NCBI RefSeq assembly: GCF_964355755.1
Contig: NC_092674.1
Coordinates: 20,894,001-20,958,000 of the forward strand
DNA from: Antedon mediterranea
Lineage: Eukaryota; Animalia; Echinodermata
Length of the DNA: 64,000 bases
Reading direction: 5' to 3'
In this document: piece by piece, positions 26,475 to 39,875 of the stretch
Numbering within the stretch: the stretch's first letter is position 1
Layout of the letters: every line of letters starts with the position of its first letter
The notes under the pieces: generated by a model
What the model was told of the DNA's origin: nothing
The model's database searches: none
Seen by the model: the letters and a program-made list of their open reading frames with translations, nothing else
Made by a program: the position numbers and the translations under genes

Positions 26475-26785
26475 CTTTTTCTTTTATGTATTTCTGCTTA
26501 CTTGTATTGTAGCGGCCCTCATGAGACAAGCTATTGCTTCTAGTGCGGGCCTCAGTTGTTTTGTCATAATAATAACTGAATAAATGTGTATATGATGATG
26601 AGTTTAAGTTATGAATTGCCATTATAATTGTAATGTATAGTGAATTGTATTACTTTTATAATGTGTTTTTTCTTTTATGTATATTTGCTTACTTGTATTG
26701 TAGGGGCCCTCATGAGACAAGCTATTGCTTCTAGTGCGGGCCCCAGTTGTTGTTGTCATTTTAATAATAACTGAATAAATGTATA
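26475..26785 (+). repeat. Two tandem copies of a LINE/SINE-like 3' end
   Basis: cttacttgtattgtag.ggccctcatgagacaagctattgcttctagtgcgggcc.cagttg..aactgaataaa occurs at ~26497 and ~26688. Confidence 0.6.
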
Positions 26786-27811
26786 TGAACTATGAAAACA
26801 CCAAAATGGCCTATTATTAAAAGTCTGAAATCTTTATTTTTCATGATTGGGGATAATACGTACATCTTTAACGTAAAATTTCCATCAGCTTACAATATAA
26901 ATATTAATTTAATAATATTATTTTAAAAGGTATAAAAAAGATACACTGTGCATAGGAATTCCTACTGTACATTAAATCGTTTTAAATTCAGTAATACTAC
27001 ATTGCATACTCATAGTCCTACACAAGCTTGGCTAGTCCTACAGCTTGGCTAGTCCTACACAAGCTTGGCTAGGCTAGCCATGGGCTAGTACAATACCATA
27101 AGAGCCTCTCGTTCGTGACAAAAGTCCGTTCAACTTAAAAAAATATTATCTGATACGACCTACTATTGGGTCGTAGACCTAAATATCTTTATATATGCTA
27201 TTGGGTTCTTAATGTAATTACTAAGTAGGCCTGGTATTTATTAATTAATATCAATCAAAACTCGTATTAGTGTAGATTCATTTTACTATTGTGAGAGCCT
27301 GTTATGTGTGAAAGTATAAGCTCGCGGTTTGTAAATGTAAATTGTATTATGTTGCCACGCATCAGTGAGCTGACTTTACCGAATACCGAAGAGCGTCGAT
27401 TGAGTCCGAAACGAACCGATGGAGGAACTCTCGTACGGAAAAAAAAATCGCGATCCGCCGACAAGTAGAGTCACCAGTCAAAGTGGAAAAAAAGGATTAA
27501 ATTATTATCTGTTTAATTTATCTTGGTGAACAGGAAGTGTGATATAAACTCATTCTGCCTGAACACAATTTCAGTAATAATTTTTTCGTTATTAAGTTGA
27601 TTGCTATAGTCTTGCATTTTTTAAAGAATTATTACAGATTTTTTTGCAAAAAAATCTGTCCAGTAGTTCAAAAGTTATTATAAAATATCTAATTTTTCTG
27701 AGATATCCTTGTGGTTATTCTAATTATTACACACACCCCATTGCTCAAATGCATGTTGGCTATTCCAAACTTGCTGGCTAGTCAGAAGATAGTACAGTTG
27801 GTAGGTATTCT

Positions 27812-27843
27812 CATAGAGATATTTTCACTACAATATCTCTATG
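27812..27843. mobile_element. 32-bp P-element-like micro-MITE
   Basis: catagagatatt..aatatctctatg, flanked by a 7-bp TSD GTATTCT (27805-27811 / 27844-27850). Confidence 0.65.
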
Positions 27844-29342
27844 GTATTCTCAATGTGTACACATAAGTAATTAAATAACTCCTTGCTGTTGGAAGTTTAT
27901 TTTTAATTATTAATAAAGTAAATAACAAAATAAAGAATTAGCTATAATTATAACACATTTAAAATAAGTGCTTTTTATAATTAGTTACCAAAAGTAACTT
28001 TACTCCAATTTTTTACATACTGAAGTCAACTTATTTGGAAAAAACAACGCATTTCAATTGGGCAATTTACATGTTCAAAATTAATCAAAATATATAATAA
28101 ATAAATAAATAAATAAAACGATATAATTACAATTTTCATTTGAATGTGTGTTTATTATTCTGTGCCTGCTAATTTTTTAGATAGACAATATAATTTACAA
28201 AGAACAGAATTCAATAAACATAAAGGGAAATGAACTACAGAACTATTGTTAATTGAAAAACAATAGGCCTATTGTGAAAACCATTATACAGGATATAATA
28301 GACGATATCAGTAATGTGTAAATGTACTGGTGGTGTAAAGAAAGTGTAAAACAAAAAGATGTCTTTTGATTTGTTAAAGCTAGGCAACAATTCTAGGCCC
28401 AGTAGGTAGATCTGTTACCATGTTTGTTTAAAACAATCAGGACTGACAATGGACAATCAGGCCCATAAATAAAATAGGGAGAGGCTTAGGCCATCCCTAG
28501 ACCTAACCGCAAAATAATCAATTAAACTAAAACTTAAAAATCAATCTAACCCTAATAAACTGTGCTTAAATAATCTTTTCTATATCAGTAAAATCGTGCT
28601 TGAAATACCGGTAATCAAAGCCCTAAAAACTGGGGCCTGTCGCGTTGGGCCCGATCTTGGTCGTAGCAGGCTCCTTATCCATGTGTGGTATTGGTGTAAC
28701 CATACATTTCGTTGCCGATTTTCAGGTTTACGCAATGTCAAATAAAATAAAACAGTGTAGTTTTGAAAAGAATTGATGTTAGTCTTATACTAATACTAAA
28801 TTAATTAGATTATTTTACGGAAAATATATTTTTATTATAATTATAATTTTAATCGCAAAAAATAAATGTTGGGGAGTATAATAAAAATATTTATTTTTAT
28901 TTAACCACGTGACGCGATCGTGTTTTGAAACTAGGGTGGGTGTTTTCCAAAGTTATTTTTAGTGCGCATATTTTGCTCACCGGCATCTGTGCATATTTAA
29001 AATACTTCCTTAATAATAGGCCTAGATAAAATAAATTATAATTAACCCTAACACATGCTTTCCAATATAATTTTTATTTATATGAATTTTATTGCATATT
29101 TATTTTAAACTAGGCCTCTATTTATTAGTGACAAAGAACAAGGAAGGCCCGGTTAAAAACATATTCACACGTCGTCCACGATAACAAAAAACACATTTGC
29201 TAAACTTTACCGGAAGTCGATCATTCCGTCTGAACGGTTTTCTATTCAAAGCATACAGCAGGCATTGCACTGGTAGGTGGGGGGGGGGGGGGGAGAAGAC
29301 AACAGACAGAATAGCATTTGTTTTCTAAGGTCTTGGCTCTAC

Positions 29343-29376
29343 CATAGAGATATTATAGTGAACTAATATCTCTATG
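29343..29376. mobile_element. 34-bp P-element-like micro-MITE, same family, opposite orientation
   Basis: catagagatatta..taatatctctatg, flanked by GCTCTAC / GCCCTAC (7 bp, 1 mismatch). Confidence 0.6.
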
Positions 29377-30049
29377 GCCCTACTAAGGAAATTAAATACT
29401 TTTCTAACTTTCAAAATACGTTATATTTGACGGATTTTTACAAATCAAAGATAAATTTGTACGTTTTAAATACTTCTGAACACATTTATCTTGTTTAAAG
29501 TGATGAAATATGTTTCTGAAAAAAAGTTAGGATATGCTGTAAAAACTTGTAGGGCCTAGTACACATGTTATCAGTGGATTCATCTATTATGTAAACAATG
29601 CTAATTACTTGTGCTAATAAAATATAGCAGGATACCTGCTATAATTTAGTGTTAATTATCAATGGTATTGTAGTTACTGTAGTTGAATTGTTTTGACATG
29701 TTGACCTACGTCGACTTTTTATTGTAATTGTTATTTTCTATATCATGTTTTTCTTTTTGTATATTTCTTTTGGATGCACCTTCCATTTGGTCGAGTGCCA
29801 CTGTTGTAAAAGTGTAATCTCCAAATAGATTATTATTATTTAGCAATTTTGACTTTACTTGTAATGCAACCGTACTCGTCTAGCTTCAACTCACAGCAAA
29901 TATTTTTTATATTTCATGTTTGCCTCAAAAAGATAAATAAGTATACAATACAAGGAAAAGGAACACAAACAAACATAACAAGGCAGAACCAGAGGTTTTC
30001 CAAGTATAATTCCATAATAATATTGAGACGATATGAAAAATGTCATCAA

Positions 30050-30850
30050 CCTAACCCTGACTCACCGACCAACTTAATTACCATTATCGATCATGTTTCT
30101 ACACACTTCCTAATACATATTTTCAGTTTCAAACTAATCTTTTCTCATCTTTAACTTTTCATATGATTTTAGTAGGCCCCTAATTGGAGATTTAAACATT
30201 CTCTCTTTCTTAAAAAAATACTCACAATCTTGTAGAATATCATGTCTATAACAACAACAATAAATTGTGCTTTGCATGCTGGCGGCAATTTTATCACCAT
30301 GGGCTACTATAGCATGTTCTGACACTTTTTCATGCCATGGGCTGTTGCCGTCAGTAGGCTCTACTGATTTTTTTAAAAAACGTACTACATCTTTCATACT
30401 TTTATCAAAGTGATATATTTTTTATTGTGGAATTATAAATTCTAAAATGTTTTTTATTAGCTTATCTACAAATTGTTTTCTTAATTGTCCTTACTGTTTC
30501 AACCACAACATTACATTTTCACAATAATGATTATTGTTTTCGTGCAATAGATTATTATGCTCATAATATTGATTAACTCCTTTCAATAGAACTAGATTAG
30601 GCTTAAACGCTACACGAACTAAACTGTTTTTTGTCAAACATGATGTTCCTTAATGAGAAAGTTGACTATTATTTTAAAATGGATCGTGTTGGTTAACTCT
30701 CGTTCTACCATTCAATGCGTCACCCTTTTTGTACTCTTATCCAACCTGCGTGTCCTTAACAGTTTGATGGTAAGCATTGATGTGATTATGTACATTGGTA
30801 GCGGTAATTCAGTTATTGGCATTGAGAAACCCAACATAAGACATACTAGT
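30050..30850 (+). pseudogene. Third, degraded copy of the PAN-FAMeT gene (upstream region plus PAN exon)
   Basis: 30610-30835 aligns with exon 2 of the intact copies (aactgtttttgtcaaacatgatg, aaaatggatcgtgttg.ttaactctcgttct.ccattcaatgcgtca) but has frameshifts. 30050-30480 matches the upstream region of the other copies. Confidence 0.8.
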
Positions 30851-31289
30851 AAATTAGAAAAAATAGCAGGTATTATAATAACACTTAAAATAAATTCCTG
30901 TCAATTGATTGGACGATAAAAACACACTCATATTTAGATTACAAATAAAAAAGATTGTTTTCCTACCTGAAAACATACTTATTTGACAATTTCAATGATG
31001 AGCCTTTTTTTTTCTACACACCACTACTACTGTAGGCCTAGCCTACGTCGAAGTAACTGAAATTACTGACACCAGTTTCAAAATTTTATCAAAACGAAAC
31101 TAACCAATGACAAGCTCGTAGGCCTATCTATTCTTATGAAATTTGATCTTGCATGAAAGGATCATTCAATTTTCAACACAACTTCTAGAACATTTTTGTA
31201 TTATACAGAGACAATAATATTTGCCAATCTAAAATTCCTAAACAATCAATAATCATTTGTTTTACAATAAAGGATGATAAAATAAACCG

Positions 31290-33746
31290 CCAACTGAAAT
31301 CTAATGTTAATTTAACGTTGAAACATCAATGGCAACGCACTTAAACACATATTATTTAATATTAAACGTTAAAAACATGTCATTTTAACCAAAGTATTAA
31401 ATAGAATTTATCTTTAATTTAACGTTTAATTAACATTGAAAAACAAAAATAATAATTGTTTGAAAAAACAACATAATTTCAAGAGTTTTTCAACGTTGAA
31501 AACATGTCATTTGAAAATGACAATTGGATTTCAACGTTAAAATAACGTTGGAATAACATTGAAAAACAAAAATAATAATTGTTTGAAAAAAATTACTAGT
31601 TAGAAATACAATGTTATTTCAACGTTGGATCAACATTGATAAATTAACGTAAATTACTAGTTAGAAAGACAATGTTATTTCAACGTTGGAGCAACATTGA
31701 TAAATTAACGTAAATTTCTTGTTAAAAATACAATGTAATTTCAACGTTGGATCAACATTGATAAATTAACGTAAATTACTAGTTAGAAATACAATGTTAT
31801 TTCAACGTTGGATCAACATTAATAAATTAACGTAAATTTCTAGTTAAAAATACAATGTTATTGCAACGTTGGATCAACATTGATAAATTAATGTAAATTT
31901 CTTGTTAAAAATACAATGTTATATTTCAACGTTGGATCAACATTGATAAATTAACGTAAACTTCTAGATATAAAGACAATGTTATTTCAACGTTGTATCA
32001 ACATTGATAAATTAACGTAAATTAGGCCTACTAGTTAAAAATACAATGTTATTTCAACGTTGGATCAACATTAATAAATTAACGTAAATTTCTAGTTAAA
32101 AATACAATGTTATTTCAACGTTGGATCAACATTGATAAATTAACGTAAATTACTAGTTAGAAAGACAATGTTATTTCAACGTTGGATCAACATTAATAAA
32201 TTAACGTAAATTTCTAGTTAAAAATACAATGTTATTTCAACGTTGGATCAACATTAATAAATTAACGTAAATTTCTAGTTAAAAATACAATGTTATTTCA
32301 ACGTTGGATCAACATTGATAAATTAACGTAAATTACTAGTTAAAAATACAATGTTATTTCAACGTTGGATCAACATTGATAAATTAACGTAAATTACTAG
32401 TTAAAAATACAATGTTATTTCAACGTTGGATCAACATTGATAAATTAACGTAAATTTCTAGTTAAAAATACAATGTGATTTTAACGCTGGATCAACATTG
32501 ATAAATTAACGTAAATTACTAGTTAGAAAGACAATGTTATTTCAACGTTGGATCAACAATGATAAATTAACTTAAATTACTAGTTAAAAAGACAATGTTA
32601 TTTCAACGTTGGATCAACATTAATAAATTAACGTAAATTTCTAGTTAAAAATACAATGTTATTTCAACGTTGGATCAACATTAATAAATTAACGTAAATT
32701 TCTAGTTAAAAATACAATGTTATTTCAACGTTGGATCAACATTGATAAATTAACGTATAATTACTAGTTAAAAATACAATGTTATTTCAACGTTGGATCA
32801 ACATTGATAAATTAACGTAAATTACTAGTTAAAAATACAATGTTATTTCAACGTTGGATCAACATTGATAAATTAACGTAAATTTCGAGTTAAAAATACA
32901 ATGTGATTTTAACGTTGGATCAACATTGATAAATTAAGGTAAATTAATAGTTAGAAAGACAATGTTATTTCAACGTTGGATCAACATTGATAATAAAACG
33001 TAAATTTCTAGTTAGAAATACAATGTTATTTCAACGTTGGATCAACATTGATAAATTAACGTAAATTTCTAGTTAAAAATACAAGATTATTTCAACGTTG
33101 GATCAACATTGATAAATTAACGTAAATTTCTAGTTAAAAATACAATGTTATTTCAACGTTGGATCAACATTGACAAATTAACGTAAATTACTAGTTAGAA
33201 AGACAATGTTATTTCAACGTTAAATCAACATTGATAAATTAACGTAAATTACTAGTTAGAAGGACAATGTTATTTTAACGTTGGATCAACATTGATAAAT
33301 TAACGTAAATTTATAGTTAAAAATACAATGTTATTTCAACGTTGAATCAACATTTATAAATTAACGTAAAACATTTGTTAGAAAAACGATGTTATTTCAA
33401 CGTTGGATCAACGTTGATAAATTAACGTAAAACATTTATTAGAAAGACAATGTTATTTCAACGTTAAATCAACATTTATTAATTAACATAAATTACTAGT
33501 TAAAAAGACAATGTTATTTCAACGTTAGATTAACATTGATAAATGAACATAAACATTCTATTGAAAAGAAAATGTTATTTCAACGTTGATTCAATGTTCA
33601 TTAATAAACGTAAAAAAAATAGTTAGGGAAAAAATGTTATTTCAACGTTGATTCAACGTTTGAAATACGCTGACAACATGATTTCAACAAATCAACTATA
33701 TTTCAACGTTGATTCAACGTTGAAATTATGTTCTGTGCCCACTGGG
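31290..33746. repeat. 61-bp minisatellite (about 32 copies, ~31590-33540) inside an EnSpm/CACTA-like non-autonomous element
   Basis: Unit tagttaaaaatacaatgttatttcaacgttggatcaacattgataaattaacgtaaatttc. Flanks are AACGTT-rich. The right end is tgtgcccactggg (CCCAG-type terminus); the left terminus is degraded. Confidence 0.85.
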
Positions 33747-33789
33747 ATAGTATGACTATCTTTGTACTTAAATTCACATGTTAAAATTG

Positions 33790-35249
33790 GTAAATAGATT
33801 TACATATTCTTTCACAAATTGGTATTTAACAAGGATCGCTTTTATCTTCCTTGTTATTTGATATATTTTTACAAGATTTTATATCTGGATCATCTTTTGC
33901 AGTCGGTTTGTTTATAGCCATATCCAAGCAAGTGATGGCCTTTTCCAGAAGCTTCTGGTCATCAACCTCACTTTTTTTGTTTAATTTTGATTTTTAAGGG
34001 GTCGCTTTGTAGAGAATGATGTTTCTGCAATATCAATATTTTCTTTATCTTCTGTTGCCGATTCTTCCTCCATGTCCTCAAGCATACAATCAGTATCTTT
34101 AAGTGGTGTTTAAAAAATAGATATTATTATATGAGTTAAAATATTTGATTCATGGCTATAAAGTTTTACTTCATTAATCTTGCAGGTCCCAAATACAGAA
34201 GATGAGTGGCTAAAGATAAGTCATGAGTTTGCGACGCGATGGAATGTTGATAATTGCATTGGGGCTTTGGATGGCAAGCATGTAGTATCTGCGCCGAATA
34301 ATAGTGGTTCTTACTATTTCGACTACAAGAACAGCTTCAGCATTGTTTTACTTGCATTGGTAGATGCAGATTGTAAGTTTTCTTATATTGATTGAGTTTC
34401 TGATTGGGGTGTGTACAAAAATTCCACGCTTTCAGATGCTTTAGATAAAAACCTGCTGAATATCCCTGAAGCCAGACCTCTCTTTGAAGATGGTATATCT
34501 ATGCCATATGTTGTGGTTGCAGACGAAGCATTCCCATTAAAGAAGTACCTGATGAAACCCTACAGCTCAAGATACCTTACTGAAGAAAAGCGGATATTCA
34601 ATTATCGCTTGAGCAGGGCACGAAGAATTGTGGAGAATGCTTTTGGAATTCTGTGTAATCGTTTCAGAATCTTTCTCAAGCCAGTTAATCTACAACCAGA
34701 ATATGTTGAGAAGATTGTGCTGGCAGCCTTTGCGCTTCACAACCTGCTGAGGGGTCAAAGTGCTAATAGAAACGTTTATACACCATATGGCTATACAGAT
34801 GTGGAGGACAGGATAACGCATGAGGTGCATGAAGGGCAATGGCGACAGGAGCCAAAGCAGGGGAAATGATACCTTTGGCTCCACAGGGTAGCAACTTTTA
34901 CAGTAACGATGCCAAAGATGTCAGAGACAGATTCTGCAATTACTTCAACTCAGAGGGTCAGATACCATGGCAGTGGCAAATGATATAGATGCTATATGTG
35001 TGGCGACATTAGTCTATAATTTTAAGATAAACGGATCCTGTTATATATTACTCAATAGCTTACCTCCATATTACAAATTGTTTTTCTTGACGACAGGCTA
35101 TCGTTTAAAAAAACAAGCCTATCCATAAATCTCCACCGACTTCTGTATCTCTCACTTGTCCCACTACCACTCTTTCTTACCCTCTCTTTCATTCTTTCTC
35201 GTCTATATTGGCTTCTTATATTGTTCCATTTTCGTTTAATTAGGTCCAC
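33790..35249 (-). pseudogene. MADF/Myb-type partner gene remnant of a second Harbinger (exons ~35249-35063 and ~34110-33790)
   Basis: DLIKRKWNNIRSQYRRE..KSGSG..YRSRWRFMDRLVFL ends at a gtaag donor. The next exon is acidic/basic (EDMEEESATEDKE..DQKLLEKAI) and frameshifted. Confidence 0.7.
34186..34988 (+). pseudogene. Degraded Harbinger transposase 3' exon
   Basis: Motifs VPNTEDEW, CIGALDGKH, YKNSFSIVLLALVDA, ADEAFPL, FNYRLSRARRIVENAFGIL and YFNSEGQIPWQ. There is a stop/deletion at ~34395 and a late frameshift. Confidence 0.88.
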
Positions 35250-36277
35250 TAAAATTTAAAAACAATTTATATAATTTTGATGATGTCAAATACTGTAAAT
35301 AAGTAATGATTATTACTTAAATAACAATGATTTTTTATGATGTCAATACTTTAAACTGAATATGCAATGAATACATTATTACATTGTATGTAGACTTATT
35401 GTTAAATACTGTTTGAATTGCATTTAGTAATACAGTACTAGAGTTTTTTTTTAATATTACAGTATAAATATTTTGGCAAAACATTAGAAGAAAAATAAAG
35501 ATATTGCCTAGTATAGACACATATGCCTATACAAATAGTAAAAATAATAGTTTGTTTTGTTAAATTTGTTTTTTACTTCTCCTATAATTTACTCACTAAG
35601 TAGTCTTGGCCTACTAGCCTACTACTAGTAGGCCTTCTATACCTTTAACTAGTAGAGGCCTAGCTAGACCATTATTATTAAATACTATTATTATGATGAT
35701 TTATGGATGACATGATATTTAAATTATAGCCTAATATAGGCCTAACTAGGCCTGCCTAGCTAGGCTAGGCCTAGTTGTACTAACATTTTTAAAAAAAGAT
35801 CTAATTTGACCCACCATGGCCTAGGCCTACTGATTTTTATAAAAATAATATTGGCTTAATTGGGTAAGAACAATAAGCATTTAGGCCAAGGCTAGGATAG
35901 CTTTACACTTGGGTTTCGTTTGCTTTTAAGTGGTGGACTGAAGCACACTAAAATAATTCTAAATTAACTTTATCTTCAACATATTGTAATAATATATATG
36001 ACAATTATTAATTGGACCTACATACTCATCCCTGGAGAACGCATGACTGAACATAACAGGCAAGTAGTTTCTTGAAATAAACGTCTTTTCATCATTTAAT
36101 GAGTGAGCATTGAGCATAATCGCTGTTACTTCTGGAGGAATTGAAACATAATTGTGTAGCCTATACATAAATTACAGCGTGCCTGTTTGTCTTCAGAAAC
36201 CTGTTCTCTCATAAGTAAGTTTAATATTTATTTTCACTTATATTTTTACCTGTTTAAGTGAAGGTGAAAATAAATAA

Positions 36278-37840
36278 TCTATATATAAATTTACGTAAGG
36301 GCAAAATTCGGTAAATCGCGCCTTACTTCTAGAATTTTTACTCGATGGTATATAAAGTTGGTTCGTACTTTCGGTACTGATTTTAACCACCTGATGTAAC
36401 CCTGTTTACTAATTAAATTAAGTTAGATAATTAGTTATTGACGATTAAAACGAATTTAGGTTCAACGATTTGCCCCAAATAGGGGTGTTTTCCGATCGTG
36501 GTATACACTGTCTAATGGATGTCCATCTTGAAAAATACCCGCCACAAAAATGCGAGGAGGCTTCGCATTTTCCTATCTCCTCCTACGATAATTGTTTTTA
36601 ATAGCTGAAAACCGGTTGAACAGTTCGAGTACAGCATCATAATGTTGAAGACAGGCCGATTTTCTTTAAAAAATACTATTTTGATACATTTAATATACGT
36701 TTTTACAAATGTATTGATTTGTGATGAATGGAACATTCCAAATTATTTGGTTTAACCATACAGGTATAGATTTAGATTTATGGGCCCCCTTGGAGAATAA
36801 ACATAAATAGTATTGCAATGCTGTACAATACTGTTAAGGTATTAACCACTTTTGATCGCAATTTGAATCGCAAATTTCTTACTGTGAGTGTTGGTACTGT
36901 TAGATGTAATATAAAAATATATACAAATAAACTTTATTACTGTGAGTGTGGGTAGGCCCTACTGTTAGATTATAAACATATAATATACAAATAAACATTC
37001 CAAATTATTTGGTTTAACCATGAGGTATAGATTTAGATTTAGATTTATGGGCCCCCTTGGAGAATAAACATGAATAGTATTGCAATGCTGTACAATACTG
37101 TTAAGGTATTAACCACTTTTGATCGCAATTTGAATCGCAAATTTCTTACTGTGAGTGTTGGTACTGTTAGATGTAATATAAAAATATATAAAAATAAACT
37201 TTATTACTGTGAGTGTGGGTAGGCCCTACTGTTAGATTATAAACATATAATATACAAATAAATAAACGTTATTACTGACAGTTGCTTCTCAACGTTTGTA
37301 TTAATTAATAATTTAAAAATATATAAACGTCGTAGTGGTGTATCGTTACATGTACTTTACTATTTCAATCGACTATGACAGTGAGAGTTTTAACAAAGTA
37401 CCGTATTAAATCGTAAATGTTTTACTTTATTTAGTGGTATATTATTTATAGGCCTATAAAACATTAAAAACAATATTTCGTTACTGAGTGGATAAGAATA
37501 TATTTTAAAATGTTTCCTCTTTGTACCTATCTTCTTCCCCCATCCCTCAACCCTTAATGTTACATACAAAACACAAATTGGGTTTGTTTAAATGAGTCCA
37601 AATAAAAAAATTTGACTCATTTTGTTTCTCTCTCGGAAGTAATTCCCAGGGTGCTAATTTTGGTTGACTACATAAATCATTGTGTATATTTATTCGTTTC
37701 TGTAAACGACAATGTGTTATAGTCCTGCGGTACGTACATTTGAAATCTCCATTTTTTTCTCGCTGGAAATACTGTGTATTCGAGAACCATCTGTGGGCAC
37801 GACCTAGATGGTACGCGAGCGAAGCGAGCGTGCCATCTAG
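36278..37840 (+). mobile_element. Non-autonomous Helitron
   Basis: Starts TCTATATATAAA after an A and ends with the hairpin ctagatggtacgc..gcgtgccatCTAG followed by T. No TSD. Absent from the paralogous site (~46368). Contains an internal ~260-bp tandem duplication (36733-37260). Confidence 0.85.
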
Positions 37841-38170
37841 TAATAATAAATTAATATAACAATTCACTTTCATTTTTACGAGGTTGTTGAATAGTTTAGC
37901 TAAAATACTCGGGTAGTCAAGAAGCGCATTGGATTGGATTGGACATCTTGATAGCAATGTTATGGTTTTTACGTATCTTAACCACATTCAATTCTTAATC
38001 CCTTAATTATCTTAGAGTTAAATATAAATAGTTGTTTAGGAAATTACTGGTATAGTAACCTTATTGTTTCAACAAGCATATTTTACAAATCTTAAACTGG
38101 ATCTAGCGTCTATTTTTGCTGTCAAGAGAATTCAAAAGTGCTAAAGTGAAAACTGAGGTTTTTATTAATC

Positions 38171-38787
38171 AACAAGGCCATATAGATGGCTGCAGTCGCG
38201 TGCTCAAGTTAGTGTTTACCGACCGACCGACCGACCGACCAACCGACCGAATGGCTGAACATTTAGAGTTGAAAAGTAAATCAAATATGATATTATTAAA
38301 GAAAGGTTGTAAAACAGAAATCTGGCAAAAAGAGTCCATATTAACATTTAACGCGCAGTGCGCGTGCAAAATTCTGCGCACTTCTGGCAATTTTTTAAGC
38401 GCTTAAAATTGCCTGAAGCGTACTCTTATTTCATGGAAAATAAATTTTGACAATTTTAAGAGCACGTACGCATGCGTAATATGCGCTACGCACGTAATTG
38501 TTTTGCCATATGATGATTTATGCCCTGAAATTTATGAGTACCAAATTTTATTTAATTGTGATTCATGCTTGTGAAGATATGATTACAAACTTGATTTCGT
38601 TAAATCGTGCCTAGACCGCGTAATTTCTTATTGCGCACTGTGAAAACATCACCACATCGATTCCGGGCCATAAGGAATACTGTGAAAAATTGACTTAGCT
38701 AGATGAAACTGATGTCAAGACAAAGCCATATACAAGTTACTGTTTAACGACCGACCGACCGACATAGTGAGCTGTAGAGTCGCGTTG
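38171..38787 (+). mobile_element. Helentron/DINE-like non-autonomous element with (CCGA)n microsatellites
   Basis: Begins aacaag, has (accg)n at ~38217-38250 and ~38748-38763, repeated gtcgcgt and a truncated end. Absent in duplicate unit 2. Confidence 0.6.
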
Positions 38788-39276
38788 TCATTAGGTTAAA
38801 AGCAAACATCCGATTGGGTTATTTGTAAAATTTCAAAATTATAAACTTGTGAGAGACCCGACATGTTGCTAAACACGTCCAATAAACTCCTGACTCACCG
38901 ACCAACTAATTATTTGCTCATTTTTCTTACCCTGACTTTCTACCCAATATTTATTATTCATTTTTAAGTTCAGATTTTCTCATCTTTATCTTTTCAGATT
39001 TTTAGTAATGATATTTTTACAATGAGATGTACACATTCCCTCTTTCCGTTTAAAAAAACACCCATATTCTTGTAGAGAACTATGTCTAACGACAAACGAG
39101 AATAAATTCTGCGTTGCATGTTGACGGCAACCTAGTACCATGGGCTGACTGTAGCATTTTCCGTCACTTGTTCAATAAATCAGTGTTGCACTCAGCAGAC
39201 ACGATATTGCAGGTTTCGATAAAAAATCCAAATATGTATATGTTACAGTAAATTCAAAATACAGACGTGGTTTAAT

Positions 39277-39730
39277 CAAAGATTATATAGCGCCGCTACG
39301 CGGCGCAAGATAGGTAAATGTTGCCAAGCTCCTATCTTATAACACTACGCGCCCAGTAAATCCATGGACGCCATTCGGGCGGACAGGTTATTATTGTGAT
39401 TTAAATGTAAATGGTTTAAATTTTGCGGTCCGCCTCGAAGTATCTGTGGTTAACCATCTTGATGATTGATTCATGGAAAAGGGAAGAAATTATGTAAACA
39501 AAGTAAAATAAAAGTTTCTTTGGGATCTGGACACTTTCCGATTAATTCTGTGTGTTTACATTGATATGTTTGGTTAGACAACTTCGTTCTTTAACCGAAA
39601 CATCGTGAATATTGCCTTGACAACGACTTTATTCCGGTTCAAACTTGTCCGCCGGAATGGCGTCCATGGATTACAAAGGTCTCACCCAGTTACCTACCTT
39701 GCGCCGCGTAGCGGCGCTATACAATCTTTG
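39277..39730. mobile_element. P-element-like MITE with a 7-bp TSD, ~145 bp upstream of the gene copy 1 ATG
   Basis: TIR caaagatt.tatagcgccgctacgcggcgcaag.tagg. TSD GTTTAAT at 39270-39276 and 39731-39737. The paralog has a single gtttaat at ~47198. Confidence 0.85.
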
Positions 39731-39875
39731 GTTTAATAATTAAAAAAGGTACATCTTTCGTACTTTTATCATAAGTGGATTTTCTTTCCTGATTGTAGAA
39801 TTAAGTTCTAGAATGTTTTTGATTACTTATTTACAAATTGTTTTCTTATTTATTAAGAATAAGTGATAAATTGCA

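Noticed and set aside
31590-33540. CRISPR-like array
   Set aside because: Head-to-tail 61-bp units with no unique spacers, no cas genes, and a eukaryotic context.
35959-36168. Minus-strand exon-like ORF duplicated at ~46100-46260
   Set aside because: The paralogous copy has indels and no family could be recognised.
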